From assembly GCF_006345805.1 (NCBI RefSeq), contig NC_043001.1:32302001-32366000 (forward strand): a stretch of 64,000 bases of DNA, written 5' to 3'. Made by a program: the position numbers and the translations under genes. The notes below the pieces were generated by a model that saw nothing but the letters and a program-made list of their open reading frames with translations, ran no database searches and was not told the DNA's origin. The stretch comes from Octopus sinensis (taxonomy: Eukaryota). Below, one piece after another: positions 39,731 to 54,377 of this stretch (the first letter of the stretch is position 1; the number at the start of each line of letters is the position of its first letter).

Positions 39731-40857
39731 GAAAAACGAAATATATATATATATTTCTGGTGCGTTGTATTTTGTATTCTTTATTTTTCGATTTTCGCCT
39801 CTACACTTCCATACGCTGCCAAATTTCTATTCTTATAAATCTCAACTTATATTCTTATTTGTTACAGTCATACCAATTTGTATTTTGCATTGTTCATAAG
39901 TTGCTAATACTTAGATTTCTGAAATAACACGCGAACTTGGCAACTTATGTTTATCAGCTTTTTAAGAGTTCAGTACAAAAATCACATGACTAGTGGAAAT
40001 ATCAACGGTTGTAGCATTTTCAGTTTGATCTCTTTTTGTATCGATGGGTGTTTCCAAATGCAGTTTGAAGTTATAACAACAAATTTTGAACTTATAATTC
40101 TTATTTTTATCTCATTGTTTGAATGGAATTAATTTCTAATAATGCTCCTAAGCTACCAAAATTTGTACCCCACTTTAACAATTCCGTTACCAATTATTGT
40201 GAGATTATCTTGATCTCATATTCCTGAGATAATCGTTGATTTAATCTCGTCAAAATTAACAAATTAATCATACTTCTCTTTTATATCACTTTTAATTAAT
40301 TCATAAAAACTCTCACTTCGTCTGAGCTACCGGCAATTACAAACATTATCAATGATTTAACTGACATCTCTAATCATTGTTCCAGGAATATTAACACTTC
40401 TTCGAAGCATTCCGGAAATTTCGTCTTCCCAATTGTTGCATAGCTCTTAAACAGAGAAGGGCAAAGGACACAGTTTTGTCTTACACCTGTTCAATTACCG
40501 AGGAAAGTATTTTCTTTTATATATTATAGTATCATAAAATTATGTTGATATTTCATATTATATATTTTATATTCGAAGCATCATGGACAATAATTTGTCA
40601 TAAATAATTATAAAAATATTTTTAATAACAAAAGAGATACGTATTTCTTCATTACGTTATCAAGCTTTCTGTAAAGCCATATTTATATTTTTGAAATATC
40701 ATCCGCCATTTCTTTGTAGTTGTAACACAAGCTTTTTAATCTGCGATTTCCGTTACATATCTACATTTAATTCTATCATCAAATATTTTAAGTTGGATTG
40801 TAGTAAAGTAGTTAATCAAAGAGATCGGTCAGTTGCATTTACATACAACCACACATG

Positions 40858-41345
40858 ACTATACATACATACATACATACATACATACATACATACATAC
40901 ATACATGCATGCATACATACATACATACATACATACATACATGCATACATACATACATACATACATACATACATACATACATACATACATACATACATAC
41001 ATACATACATACATACATACATACATACATACATACATTCATACATACATACACATCTCTATATACATCTCTATATAGAGTATTGGCCAAAAGTCACCTG
41101 GCAGAAAATCAAAACTATTTAATTCTAAGATTTATTTATGTTTAACAGCTGAATGAATTTAATAAAAGCTATCTAAATATCACACATCATGAAAATTGTC
41201 CAAACTGAAATCCTTGGGTGACACATTTTTCCATTCGAGTCCATACAGAATTACAGATAGTATTTGTGAAATTTTGATTTACGGTCGGGTGATTGTTGAC
41301 CAACCGCGTGTCTATCTATATACATACATACACACACACACACAC

Positions 41346-41397
<52 letters not shown>

Positions 41398-41418
41398 TAT
41401 ACACATATATATATACAC

Positions 41419-41451
<33 letters not shown>

Positions 41452-41565
41452 CATATATATATATACACACATATATATATACATATATATATATATATAA
41501 TATATATATATATATATAATATATATATATATATATTATATATATATACACATATATACATATAT

Positions 41566-41600
<35 letters not shown>
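40858..41600. repeat. (ATAC)n and TA/CA microsatellites; similar fields at 44030-44360, 46150-47350, 54345-54530 and 60818-60906
   Basis: Direct inspection. Confidence 0.95.
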
Positions 41601-41604
<4 letters not shown>

Positions 41605-41819
41605 CCATTCTGTTATTGAACGTTGATATGTTCACGTCTTTTTCCTTGCGGTTTCTACTATATACGGACTTTAACCCACGTGGATATACGCAGGATTGCA
41701 CCTAAAGACTTACACTCACGGATCTACGCAGGATTACACATAAGACTCATGCTTTGGTTTCTATAACGTCGGAAAGTTGAACTATGTTTTTATGCCTCTT
41801 ACTTCTCTCTTTTCATCTC

Positions 41820-41859
<40 letters not shown>

Positions 41860-42096
41860 GGATAATGTATACTAAAGGTACAAGGCCTGAAATTTTGAGG
41901 GAAGGAGACTAGTCGATTTCATCGACACTAGTGTTTCACTTGTACTTAATTTATCGACCTCGAAAGGATGAAAGGCGAAGTCGACCTCAGTGGAATTTGA
42001 ACTCAGAACATAGTGACAAGCGAAATACTGCTAACGAGTGACAAAAATAACATCACCAACAACTATAACAACAGCAGCAGCAACAACAACAACAAC

Positions 42097-42147
<51 letters not shown>

Positions 42148-42150
42148 GTT

Positions 42151-42198
<48 letters not shown>

Positions 42199-42470
42199 GG
42201 TTTAAAATTTTGGCACAAGGTCAGGAATTTGGAGGGCGGATAATTTATTACATCGACCCAGTACTCAACTGGTACTTCTTTTATTAACCTCGAAAGAATA
42301 AAATGTACAGTCGACCTTAGAGGAATTTCAACTCAAAGCGAAAAGACGGACGAAGTGCCAAGTAATTGTCCATTGTGCTACCGGTCCCGCCATCACACAG
42401 TACATCTCTTATCCTTTACTCGCCCTAGGACGTGTCTCGGCAAGTGATTGTAACAAACATGCAGATTAAA

Positions 42471-42505
<35 letters not shown>

Positions 42506-42793
42506 TAATAATAATATAATAATAATAGTAGTAATTTCTACAATAGGTACAAGGCCTGAAATCTTTTTTGGGGAGGCGGGGACTAGTCGATCACATCGGC
42601 CCAGTGTTTTACTGGTACTTATTTCATCAACCTAAAACGATGAAATGCAAAGTTGACCCCAGCAGAATTTGAAGTCAGAACCTAGCGACGGGCGAAATAC
42701 CGCTAAGCATTTCGTCCGGCCAGCCAGCCAACGATTCTGCCAGCTCACCACATTAATAATAATAACAATAATAATAATAATAATAACAATAAC

Positions 42794-42830
<37 letters not shown>

Positions 42831-42848
42831 GTAATGGTAATGATAATG

Positions 42849-42914
<66 letters not shown>

Positions 42915-42928
42915 TAATAATAATAATA

Positions 42929-43121
42929 GAAGATTGAAATAGAATACCCGGTAGAACTCCTACAGAATGTTTATCTGTTAGGGACAGTAAGGATTATCAG
43001 GAGATCTCTAAGTACACGAAAACCTGATGAAAACTTGTGGATACCTAAGGTCATAAGTCGCAACCCGCTACCTACATAATTCCTTCCTGGAATGAGACCG
43101 AACCTGAACCAAACCAATACA

Positions 43122-43122
<1 letters not shown>
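42929..43122 (+). mobile_element. Extreme 3' end of an R4/Dong-like LINE inserted within (TAA)n
   Basis: KIEIEYPVELLQNVYLLGTVRIIRRSL matches the LQK..LLGTA.I.R..L terminus seen at ~7620. (TAA)n lies on both sides. Confidence 0.7.
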
Positions 43123-43161
<39 letters not shown>

Positions 43162-43209
43162 TAATGATAATGATAATGATGTTGATGATGATCTCTATTA
43201 TTTGTCACC

Positions 43210-43590
43210 AGGACATCATTGAAGGTTGAAGGAGTCTCTACAAAGCCAGTCTGGCGGTTTGTATGAAAATAATGGGGCAGGGGGAAAATGGAGAGATGGG
43301 AAGACGAGATGAAAAGTGTACATAGTAGTATACGAAATATGTCAGCACATAAATGATACTGGAGAATTTACGAAAGTCTACAACTACAGGGAGACAAAAT
43401 ATTCAGGAAAGCTCTGATCACCTGTGACACAAACCCTCACCCAACTGTTCTTCTTCACTCTACACGTGCAGATTTAAGGCTTTTCCATTCATAAGCATAT
43501 TTGACAGGGTCGCCCATTTTCCCAGAAATTGCTGGGGAGAGCAATTCTCACCTTTTCCTCACTTTTCTTTTCAAGAAGAACCACAGGATC
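43210..43590 (-). pseudogene. Possible decayed HERO/NeSL-type RLE domain fragment
   Basis: DPVVLLEKKSEEKVRI..WEN / YAYEWKSLK...VG*GFVSQVIRAFLNIL resembles the PD.V...WEE...AYERK.LKY...VGCRGFV signature. Confidence 0.4.
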
Positions 43591-44070
43591 ACTAACACTA
43601 ACACTAACAATAATAATCAACATAAGAATTTCAGATTTTGGTACAAGGCCAGCAAATTTGAGGAGAGAGAGAGAGAGGGAGAGAGAGAGAGCATGTCGAT
43701 TACATAGATCCCAGTACATAACTGGTACGTTATTTTATCGTGTATGAAAGGATGAAAGGTAGAAATAATCTCAGCGGGATTAGAACTCATAACACCAAGA
43801 TCCGGAAGGAATGCCGCTGGGCATTTTGTCCAACGCGTTAACGGTTCGGCCAAGGATAATAAGTTATTCATTACTATATTTTTTTCAAGGGCAATGATGG
43901 AGGTGACGTTAGAAGACACTACTACGAAACAGGATGTTTTTATGCAGAATAAATTGTGAAAATAGAATACGGGAACAAGAATAGGAAAAACTATACAAAG
44001 TAATGATAGTATGTTTTCACAATACACACACACATCCCCATTTGTATATATATACTGTATATATAAATAT

Positions 44071-44150
<80 letters not shown>

Positions 44151-47100
44151 CATACATACATACTGTATATATAAAATATATATGTATATATATATATATA
44201 TCTATATATATATACATATATACATACTGTATATATATATATATATATTATATATATATATATATACATACATACATACTGTATATATGAATATATATGT
44301 ATATATATATATATATACTGTATATATATATATATATATATATATAAATATATATAAGTACGTGTGGGTATGTGTAATTGTGTGTGTAGTGGTGGCTGTA
44401 GTAGCAGTAGCAGTGGCAAAAGTGGTGCTGGTGGTGGGGAGATAGTAGTAGTTCTTGTTGTAGCTGTTGTTGTAGTAGTAGTTTATAATTAGTTTCTTCA
44501 ATGTCTATCTCTTATGTAAGTTCATAAGCACGACATACGCTCTTACGTGCGTACGTGCGCACTTAAGCACGCATGTATGTATGTATTGTGTATGCATTTA
44601 TGTATGTGTATGCATATATGTATGTGACACTCGTTTAGCATATCATTCAGTTGTAGTAGTTGTCATGATTGTGTCCATAACAAGGAAGACAAAGTATCTC
44701 ATCAATAAGATCATAACGCCATATTGGAAAAAAAAGATACTTAAAACAGAAACAAATCACACGTTAACACTGTACCATATGTTCTTACTTGTTTACAACT
44801 TATAAAAGTACGACGATAGTTCGCTTATTGCTCCTGATACATCTCACTCACTATCACTTTATATAAGAAAACATTTAAACCTGTACTGTAACATTTACAA
44901 GAATTTACTAATTGTTGTTTAAGAGTGATATTTCGAAGAATGTGGACACGATCGTCACGAGTGAGTCCAAACAGAAAGTTTTCAAATAACGCACAACAAA
45001 TGCAAAAGCAATCTGAGCAACAACGAATATAATTCAAATACGAGGAAGAATATACGAATAGAAATAAGAATGAATATGAATTTTTTGTATACATATTTGT
45101 GTCAACGAAGTCGGTGAAAATGTAAAAACGCCATGTTTTTTTTTTAAAGTTTCTGAAAATAATTATTTGCGAGGAAAATTTAAACATTAAAAGAAAACGA
45201 AGATAACAAGAATAATGACAACGACGATGAAAGCGACGACAAGTACAAGGACAAACGTTACCAACAATAACAATTGCAACAATAAAAAGGGGAAAATTGA
45301 CAACAAAAACGACTTTGAAATTACGAATAAAACGACAACATTAAAAAATACCAACGACAACGAGAGAAAAGAAAATATAATACTGTAAGTCGTATACTAA
45401 AATTTCTTTCAGCCTTGTGAAAATTATGTAATTAAACGTGGCAGTTAATTGTGAAAATTATTAATATTGTTTTAGATATAAATTATGACTGAGAACTGAC
45501 TCTCAGTTTCTGAAGGAAAGGTTTTGAAATAAAGATATTCATGAAAACTTAATGCATTTCAAATTTTTGCCTGGTTTTAGTTATGTAACACGAGATATAA
45601 AACAACAACATTGAAGAAATTATATGCATAGCCTTTATTCTATTTTTTTCTTCTGTTTTTACTAGGATACGACGAAAGAATTTTCAAGAGAAAGGTGTCC
45701 ATCGTCTTACCGCCCCAGAAAATATAAATAAATGCGGAAGGAAAGAAAAATTTGAGGGGACTGGATATGTACAGAGTAACACAAAAAAATAACGTAAACT
45801 GATAACGAAATGATGTAGAAAACGAAAGGAAAATGACAAGTATTAATATTATAATACAATATAGAGGAAATTAAATTAAAACAAAAACAATGAAGGGGAA
45901 CACCAGCCCGGGAAAGGAATTAATATTGAAAAAAAATATATATATATTTTTGGGAGCGACGTTTTACAGTTATAATATACGTATATATATATATATAAGT
46001 ATGTTCTGAAAAATATTGGTACGAAACCACGAAGTGTTGAAAATCCCAGGAAGCTGTGAGTACATATTTGAAAGACCTTTTCTTTAATGAAGATAGTTTG
46101 TCTTCTTGAAACTGCCGAAAACATTTATAACACAGTCGTTAAAGTACAGTATATACATATATATATACACATATGCATACATACATACAAACATGTATAT
46201 ATATATATATATATATTACATATATAATATATATGTACATATACTTCATATACATATATATACATCTGCATCTTATATATATATATATTATATATGCAAT
46301 ATAATATATACACATATATTATTTTATATATATATATTATGGCATATATATTATAGGTATATATAATATATGCTATGTTATATATATATATATATTATAT
46401 ACATATATTCATTATATATGCATATAAATGTATATACACATATGTATCTATGTTGTCTATTTGTGTGAATAATGTATATATGCATGTAAGAATGTAGGTT
46501 TGTATGCGTGTGTGTATGTGTATCATATTACATGTATGCATATATTCAACGAAATAGTCTAATGGAAATGTAGACTCTTTGACAATGTTCAGACTCTGAA
46601 GAAATATACCTAAAAATAAAAAAAAAATCTGGAAAATTCTGTAGATATTTTTCTTAGATATATAAGATAGGTCATCGTAAACAATTTTCCAAGGCTTAAG
46701 AAAATATATGGCTTGAGTGTCCATACGTACTTCATAGATTCTAGCCATTTTCCATTTTTTAAGTTGTTGACCCTCATTACTCTGTGTTGTCTTATGTAAG
46801 ACAAGATCGGGGATATTTCAAAGTAAAGAAATTTTTTTTTAATAGAACTTTTGGTTTAAGTACTATATTTCATGAAATATTTATCAATATGTTTGCATTT
46901 ATGCTTCTAACCTTTCGAATTCAATGAGATAATTTCTCCAGAAAATTCTGAGACATACCAATACCTATTGAGTGGCAACATATATACATATAAGAATCAC
47001 ATTATCACGTGCACTGCATATCTAAACATCTCTCTCCCTCTCTTTCACCCTCATGCACACAGAGACACACACATAAATGTATGTGTATATACACGCATAC

Positions 47101-48836
47101 ACACATATATATATCTGTGCAAGCACATATCTATGTATGCATACGTATATGTGTGTGTTTGTGTGCGCTTGTATATGTATGTGTGTGAGTGAATGTGTGT
47201 GTATGTAAATATAAATGCATGCATATATATATGTATATAAGTATGTACCTATGCAGACATGTGTGTATATGTTTATGTATATATGTATATACATGTATTC
47301 ATGTATATACTTATGTATATATATATATATATAATTTGTGTGTGTGTATACATAAAACACATGCTAACTTGCAGGGAGATTAAAATACCAGTAAATTGCT
47401 GAGGTCGGTTTGTTCGATTTAAATCCCACCCACTTCCAATGCCCGAATTTATGACTAGATTAGTACATCAGTATTCATTCTTCCAAAGAGTATTAGATTA
47501 GCAGGATCGGTAACCCGCCGGACAAAAGCCATTGCGGTATCTAGTTTTAAACTTGTCACGTTCTTCATTCAAATCTCTCTGAGGATATTTTTGTCTTGAT
47601 ATACTTCCGCAGTCGAGAAAAAAAAAGTACAAATCACATATCCGGGTTCATATAATCAACTATTCCCTCCTCATATTTCTGTCCTTGTGCTGATGTAAGA
47701 AATCGTTTTGATATTTTTTCTAGGACGCTACTAAAATCAGTAGCGCGCCGACCAATTCACCCCTCAGTATATTATTTTCTTCCTTTAGGTTCCGAGTTAA
47801 AATATTACCGGGTTCATCTTTCCACTTATGTCTACAAAATTGACAAAATAAATTGCTTGCCAAATAATCAGGTTGATATAATTATCTATATCCTTATCTT
47901 CAACGCCTGACCTTCGATGGAGTTTATAAATCGTTGTTTGATTTTGTGTAGTATTTAATTATGAGTACCAATATTTATAATTAAAACTCTCTGGGTCTTC
48001 TGTGCCTTTTGTGCTGCCCAGATGGATAAAGTAAAAGCTTGTTTCGTAGTTTGTTCATATTGATTACATCTTGTTTGGTTGTAAGTAGATGCTCGATAAT
48101 ATTATTATTCAATAATACTATTATTATTATTATTATTTGACTACATAACTTCGTAGGCAATGGACTGGCAAAAAATAGTAGGTGTCCGGAATAAGTCTCT
48201 TGAGATAGAGAGTTACGTCCCTTTAATTTCCTGAGTTCGAATCCTGTGTGAGCTAATTTTGATATTCATCCTCCTGCGTCCGTTAAGTCAGCTCAATTGA
48301 CCCTGCTTCTTCTCAAGAAGTTTCCAGCTTTGTGATAGCATTTTACTCTATTATATACTATTTCCTCAGCATTTATGCTGATGTTGTTTAATTGCAGTCT
48401 AGCTGTGACCGAAGAGAAAAACATAATACACAAGCAATCGCTCCTATGATTAGGTGTAGCCAGTAGATCTATCATTCCCTGTATACCATTTATCCTACTT
48501 GAAAATATTATTGCATATTTCTGTATGTTTAATGTAGGAATACGTTTAACCCTTCATTCAGTGAGCCCTTTATTCTGTCTGCAATGTCCAGTCTACTTCT
48601 GAGGCATCTGCAGATGCTAGTAGAGATTGTTGTCCCAGTCAAGACATAATTTCTGATGAATCGAATGATTTTCTTTTACATGAAATCTGATGCTCGAGAT
48701 TGCTTCGTGTACGCCTTGTATAGTTTACTTTCTTTAATAAATTCTCTATATGTATGGTGGATGTTAGACATATGTTTTACAGTCTTCCTAGATTTATTTT
48801 TCTTCGTCATTATTGCATTAATATTATGGTGGTGTA

Positions 48837-49067
48837 AAGGTGGCGAGCTGGCAGAATCGTTAGCACGCCGGGCGAAATGCTTAGCTGTAATTCATCTGCT
48901 GTTACGTTCTGAGTTCAAATCCCGTCGAGGTCGACTTTGCCATTCATCCTTTCGGGGTCGATTAAATAAGTATACCAGTCACGCACTGAGGTCGATGTAA
49001 TCATCTTAATCCCTTTGTCTGTTCTTGTTTGTCCCCTCTATGTTTAGCCCGCTGTGGGCAATAATGA
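48837..49067 (+). mobile_element. SINE A young copy with 17-bp TSD
   Basis: TSD AATATT(A/G)TGGTGGTGTA at 48820-48836 and 49068-49084; an old copy's head follows immediately. Confidence 0.9.
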
Positions 49068-49084
49068 AATATTGTGGTGGTGTA

Positions 49085-51550
49085 CGGCGGCGAACTGGCA
49101 GAATCGTAAGCAAGCCGAGCAAAATGCTTAGCAATATTTCGTCCGTCTTTACGTTCTGAGTTTAAATTCAGCTATGGTCGACTTTGCCTTTCATTTTTTT
49201 CCGGGTGGATAAAATATATACCATTTGTGCACTGCTGTGTTTGCAATCGACTAACCTCTCTCCTTAATTGCTGGGCTTGTGCCAAAATTTGAAGCCAATA
49301 TGGCACTAGTCTAGAATGTTCAGTCAAACAATGATATTAATGTCTTTCCAGTTTTGACACAAATATTTTGATGAGAAGAGAAAGTCGACCATATTCGGGA
49401 TTTGAACTCAGAACGTAAAGAACTGGAAGAAATACTGTATGGCATCTGTCCGATACTCTTAGGAGTTGACCAGTTCACCTCCTAACCAATACCATAAGTA
49501 ACATGAATTGCTATTAATTCTCAAAAGCAAACTGATTTTGTGTTAATGTAAAGTAAAAAGACTTCTTTCAAATGAATTTGATTGACCAAAAGATTAGCCT
49601 AAAATGTAGTTTTGAACTCCAAAACTGGCGGTGACGACGAAGTGCCATCTTTCGGAACGAAAGTTTGGCGTTTCATCTTCTGTTACTGGCATAGATTCTA
49701 CTCAGTGACAAAATATCAAAATAAAAGTACCGACCTAACCAACCTACTTTTAAATAGTTAACATGGACTTCCACTTCATTATGAATCGGTGGAACTGAAT
49801 TCCTGAAATATATTTTATGCCCCTGTTGAACCACTTGAATGTACACTGTTGTGATGGACGATTTCAAATTCCGCTGAGGTCGACTTTGCTTTTCATCCCT
49901 TTCGAGGTCGATAAATTAAGTACCAGTTACGCACTGGGGTCGATGTAATCGACTTAATACCTATGTCTGTACCCTCTATGTTTAGTCCCTTGTGGGTAAT
50001 AAAGAAATAGGTATTTCATCTGCCGTTACGTTCTGAGTTCAAATTCCGCCGAGGTTGACTTTGCCTTTCATCCTCTCGGGGTCGATTAAATAAGTACCAT
50101 TTACACACTGGGGCCGATGTAATCGACTTAATCCGTGTGTCTGTCCTTGTTTGTCCTCTCTGTGTTTAGGCCCTTGTGGGTAGTAAAGAAATATGTATTT
50201 CGTCCGTCTTTAAGTTCTAAGTTGAAATTCCGTCGAGATCGACTTTGCCCTTCATACTTTCAGTGATGATAAACTAAGAACCATTTAAACGATACTGGGA
50301 TTCGGTATAAGAAACTAGTCTACAAAATTAATTTAAGGAGGTGAGCTGGCAGAATCGTTAACGCAAAGACTTTTATTTCGGTTCTTTATGCTCTGAGTTC
50401 TAATTCCGCCGAAGTCACCTTTGCCTTTTATAATTTGGAAGTCGATAAAATAATGCAGCATTCAAGTACAGGAGTTGAAGTCAATATAATTGAATATTCC
50501 ACTTACAAAAATTGTTGGCCTTGTACCAAACTTTGAAACAATCGTTGGGAGAAATTCTTCATCCGGAGTCGATGAAGTAAAGCACCAATTCAGTGAAGTA
50601 CTGGGGTCGACTAACCCCACTACTAATCGACTAACGCCCCACTTCTCATGATTTTTTGGCCTTGTGACTAAACCCAAATCAATAATGGTGAACGAAATAC
50701 CAAATGTATTTAGTAGCGTCCTGTTCAGAAGTCCAATTCAGTCGAGGTTGTCTTTGCCTTTTATCGATAAAATAAAGTACAAGTCATGTACAGCAATCTA
50801 TTTAATTGATCGTATCTTCTCCCAAAAGTCTTGACTCCGTGCTTGTGTTTGAAATCATGATTAATAAGGTCTCAAAGATAAGAAATAGCAAAGTATCGGA
50901 CAAAATACATTTTTGTATTTAGTTATGTTTCTTATCGTTCTGAGTTCAAATTTCTTTTAGGGCTACTATGCTTTTTATTGGCCTGGTTCGCTAAAATTAC
51001 TATGGAAAACATTCGATTCAGTTGTCAAAAAGCTTGATGGATATATTTAAGGATCTTGCAAAGATTGACATCTTTGTTCATGAGGGTAGTTACTGGCTAA
51101 ATTAGTAGAACACCGAACATGACTTTGTGTAGTATTTGGTTAGATCCTTAACTTTCTGAGTTTAAAACTTCTCCAGAGTTGACTATGATTTTCATACTTT
51201 CGGTATTCATAAAATTATCTCTGTGCTAATTAAAGCATTTCATTTTTTACAGCGCATTGATATGTTCACGAACACCTTGTTTCCTGGTTTCTCTGCACTC
51301 TCCGCAGCATGCTTGATGAGAAGAGGCCCTGTAAGGGAGATCCATTATGATTCTCTCACAGTGAAGCATAATCGTTTCTGGGAGTACGAGAAGGAAAGTA
51401 AAAGGTCGGTCATTTACCGTATTTGTCTGCTACCTTAAGTAACATAAAAAAATGGACAAGTTGATCACGGCCGAATACGGACTCAGAGAGCAAAGTGCTG
51501 AAGCAAATCATCAGAAGATAGTTGTCTAATACTTTAACGATTTTCCTCGT
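49085..51550. mobile_element. Dense cluster of about 10 SINE A copies of mixed age, including a trimer at 49865-50300
   Basis: Repeated GTTCAAAT/GACTTTGCC/GGGGTCGA modules; exact tail-to-GTATTTC junctions at 50010 and ~50194. Confidence 0.8.
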
Positions 51551-51622
51551 CCACTCGGTTTTTACATCAATATATTTCTGCAAACACACGAGAATAAGCT
51601 TTTTTTTCGCCTTTATTAGATA

Positions 51623-51896
51623 CTAGCACTATGACCAATCACATACAATTGGCGTATCAAGTTTCGGGCATTTTGATTGGGTTTTGGATAGAAAATTCAC
51701 AAAATAGTCACTTCTATTGATATTTTAATGGCTTTGCGGGGGGACTGGGGAAATGTAAAGATATGCACGGTTTTAAATGATCATATGGACGGTTTTAAAT
51801 GATCATAGAAAGTACGAGCCTTCTAACTGAAAAATTGTGGATTTGTATAAAGGACACACACACAGACAGACATTTTGCCGTTTATATATAGAGAGA
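51623..51896 (-). mobile_element. Non-autonomous Helitron (second family)
   Basis: Minus strand A|TCTCTCTATATATAAACGGC...GGTCATAGTGCTAG|T; internal duplication of ACGGTTTTAAATGATCATA. Confidence 0.7.
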
Positions 51897-52489
51897 TTAA
51901 TGTTTGTTTACATATATTAGGGAAGTGACGATTGTGATCGCAGAGCACCCAACAATATGTCTCGCAGATTCATTTGAAATCTTGTATCGATTTAACTTTT
52001 CACTAACCATTCCAAAATCTGTGGCATATCTAGGTGTCAAGTACTGGTATCGGATTAAGAAAAAGGCTTCTGAGAATTTAGTGTTATAGTGGACGGTGAT
52101 AAATGACATAATCAGTAGAATGGCCGAGTAAATTATTGGCAGAATTTCGTTTGTCACTTTCATTCTTTAAGTATTGATAAAATTCTATGTCAACTAATTG
52201 TGTCATGTAATCGCCCATACTTAAGTTTTTATTATTAGTATCATCGTTAAAGCAGTGGATTTGGTAGAATCGAGAATTGTTGGACTGTCAAAAAAATACT
52301 ATAAGGCATTTTGTCCAACTCGCGAACAGTTCTGTCCATCTTAGTGCCATAGCCACGCCTCGAGTATGATAATTAGTTATTGCGAGCAACGAAACTTCCT
52401 AAATCCTATAACATTATTTTCTTAAACAGAAGACGTTGGACAATGTTTTATATATATATATATATATAGATATATATATATATATATAT

Positions 52490-53055
52490 AATTAAATTAG
52501 AGATAAACCACTATTATGCAAATCAACAGTCGAAAACATAAACCAAAACATAAAAATAAATAATTAATATAATATACAAAATATATAAAATATAAAATTT
52601 AAAATTTAAATTATTTAAATTAAAAATTTTTAATTTATATTTATAAATTTTTATATTTTTTAATATTTTTTAAAATTCAAAATTTATAAATTTTTAAACT
52701 TTTAATTTTTTTTATAACTATCAAAATGTATTAAAAAGTTTAATATAATATAATAAGAAATAGGTGGTTTTACTTATTATATTATATTAAACATTTTAAT
52801 ATATTTTGATAATTATAAAAAATTAAAAAAATTAAAAGTTTAAAAATTTATAAATTTAAAAAAATATAAAAATTTATAAATATAAATTAAAAATTTTAAA
52901 TTTAAATAATTTAAATTTTATGTTTTACATATTTTGTATATTGTTTTGGTTTATGTTTTTCACTGTTTGATTTGCATAATAGTGGTTTGTCTCTAATTTA
53001 ATTTATATTTATACTGTGAAATTTGATTTAATCCGAAATCTAATTTTTCCCTGTA
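52490..53055. repeat. ~510-bp, extremely AT-rich foldback (PLE-type foldback family)
   Basis: Arms at 52490-52757 and 52773-53003 with 15-nt loop AAATAGGTGGTTTTA. The right side continues into the TTTTTCCCTGTA family terminus next to (TA)n. Confidence 0.85.
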
Positions 53056-53169
53056 TATATGTATATATATATATAACTTTGATATGTTTCGACTAAAGAT
53101 CGGTCCAGGCCATGTCTAACACAATAACACCACCTGATAGAATTTTCTAAATTCATTTTTGAGTCAAAC

Positions 53170-53660
53170 TTTGTGGTGTCAGTTCTTGTTGAGTGAGTTG
53201 TATCCAGGGTTAGGTGGCTAATCTGGTATCCCTTGCAGAAATTTGTCCAGATTCCGTTTAAAGGTGATGGATCCTTTTTCTTCTTTGGTTTGTTTTGGGA
53301 CAGTGTTAAATAGGATAGGGCCTGTTAAGGGAAAGAAACTATGTTGCAGTGTATTAATGTGTTGAAATCCTGAATCGGGTGGGAGAAGTATGGCACGTGG
53401 TCCTAGCCTTGGAGGAATTCTGAAACTAATGTTGAGTCGTTTGGGCAATGCTAGTGATATATTCTCCACATTGTGCAGATGATGTATCGATCACAGCAGC
53501 ACTGGAGAGGACAAAGTTTCAATGAGTTAAGGTGTTCCCAATAATCGAAATCTATCACGCCCTTAATTCTTTTAGTGAATGCATTCTGGGGTGATTCGTT
53601 TCTCGAAATGCCTGAAAAAGAGACAGTATAGCCATAGCTGCAATGCCTTTCACCATATAA
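53170..53660 (-). pseudogene. 3' fragment of a CR1/L2-type LINE
   Basis: AFTKRIKGVIDFDYWEHLNSLKL...RYIICTMWRI...GPILFNTVPK...FKRNLDKFLQGIPD*PP.PGY. Confidence 0.8.
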
Positions 53661-54343
53661 CTGCTCAATTAAGCTAGGCTATAAGCAGCAACCGTAAGGA
53701 ATATTTATTTCATTGGCCTCTGATAGTAAAGAAACTCAAAAACATGTTTAACCAATTCTTCGCTGTTCTGCCTGTAAAATTATAATGTGGAATACAGGAA
53801 ATAAAATGTAATTTTTCGTACCCATTAATAAGGTTTGGCTAATAGTAATTTAGATTTATAATTTAGTTATCTATAAAATTCTATTTCCTCTTGATATCAG
53901 CCTTAACAGTAGCTTAACCAGGAATCGAACCTCACTTGTATATTGACTTCAACTAAAGCTGCTGAGCACTCTATATTCCTGAAACTATTAAGTTACCACT
54001 CTAGAGCAGTGGACAGGCATAATCTTTAGAGCACCTGAACGGCATCTAACCATTTTGTACCAGCTCGTTTGCACTTATAGTTCAAATCTCAACAGAATCT
54101 GCTCGAGTATCTTCATTCATCACACGGTATAATCCACGCCTTAAGCTGCCATACAATTTAATCAGTGTACTAATCGCAGCACGGTTTAACACCATATCTG
54201 ACCATTGTACTACTCCTTTGAGTGAGTCTAATTTTTGCAAAGATTCGCATCCGGTCTTCGGTGAAAGAATAACTTTCTTCCGCCCTTCAACTTGACGTGG
54301 CTGTTTTAAAGAGGGTTACATCCATTTCTCCTGCTGAAACTAA

Positions 54344-54377
<34 letters not shown>

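Noticed and set aside
43021-43060. CTGATGA hammerhead-core heptamers here and at ~48654
   Set aside because: No stem II or GAAA partner at a suitable distance.
44825-45187. Minus-strand ORF with LFGLTRDDR, reminiscent of PLE N-termini
   Set aside because: The similarity rests on one short motif, with no RT motifs downstream; left uncalled.
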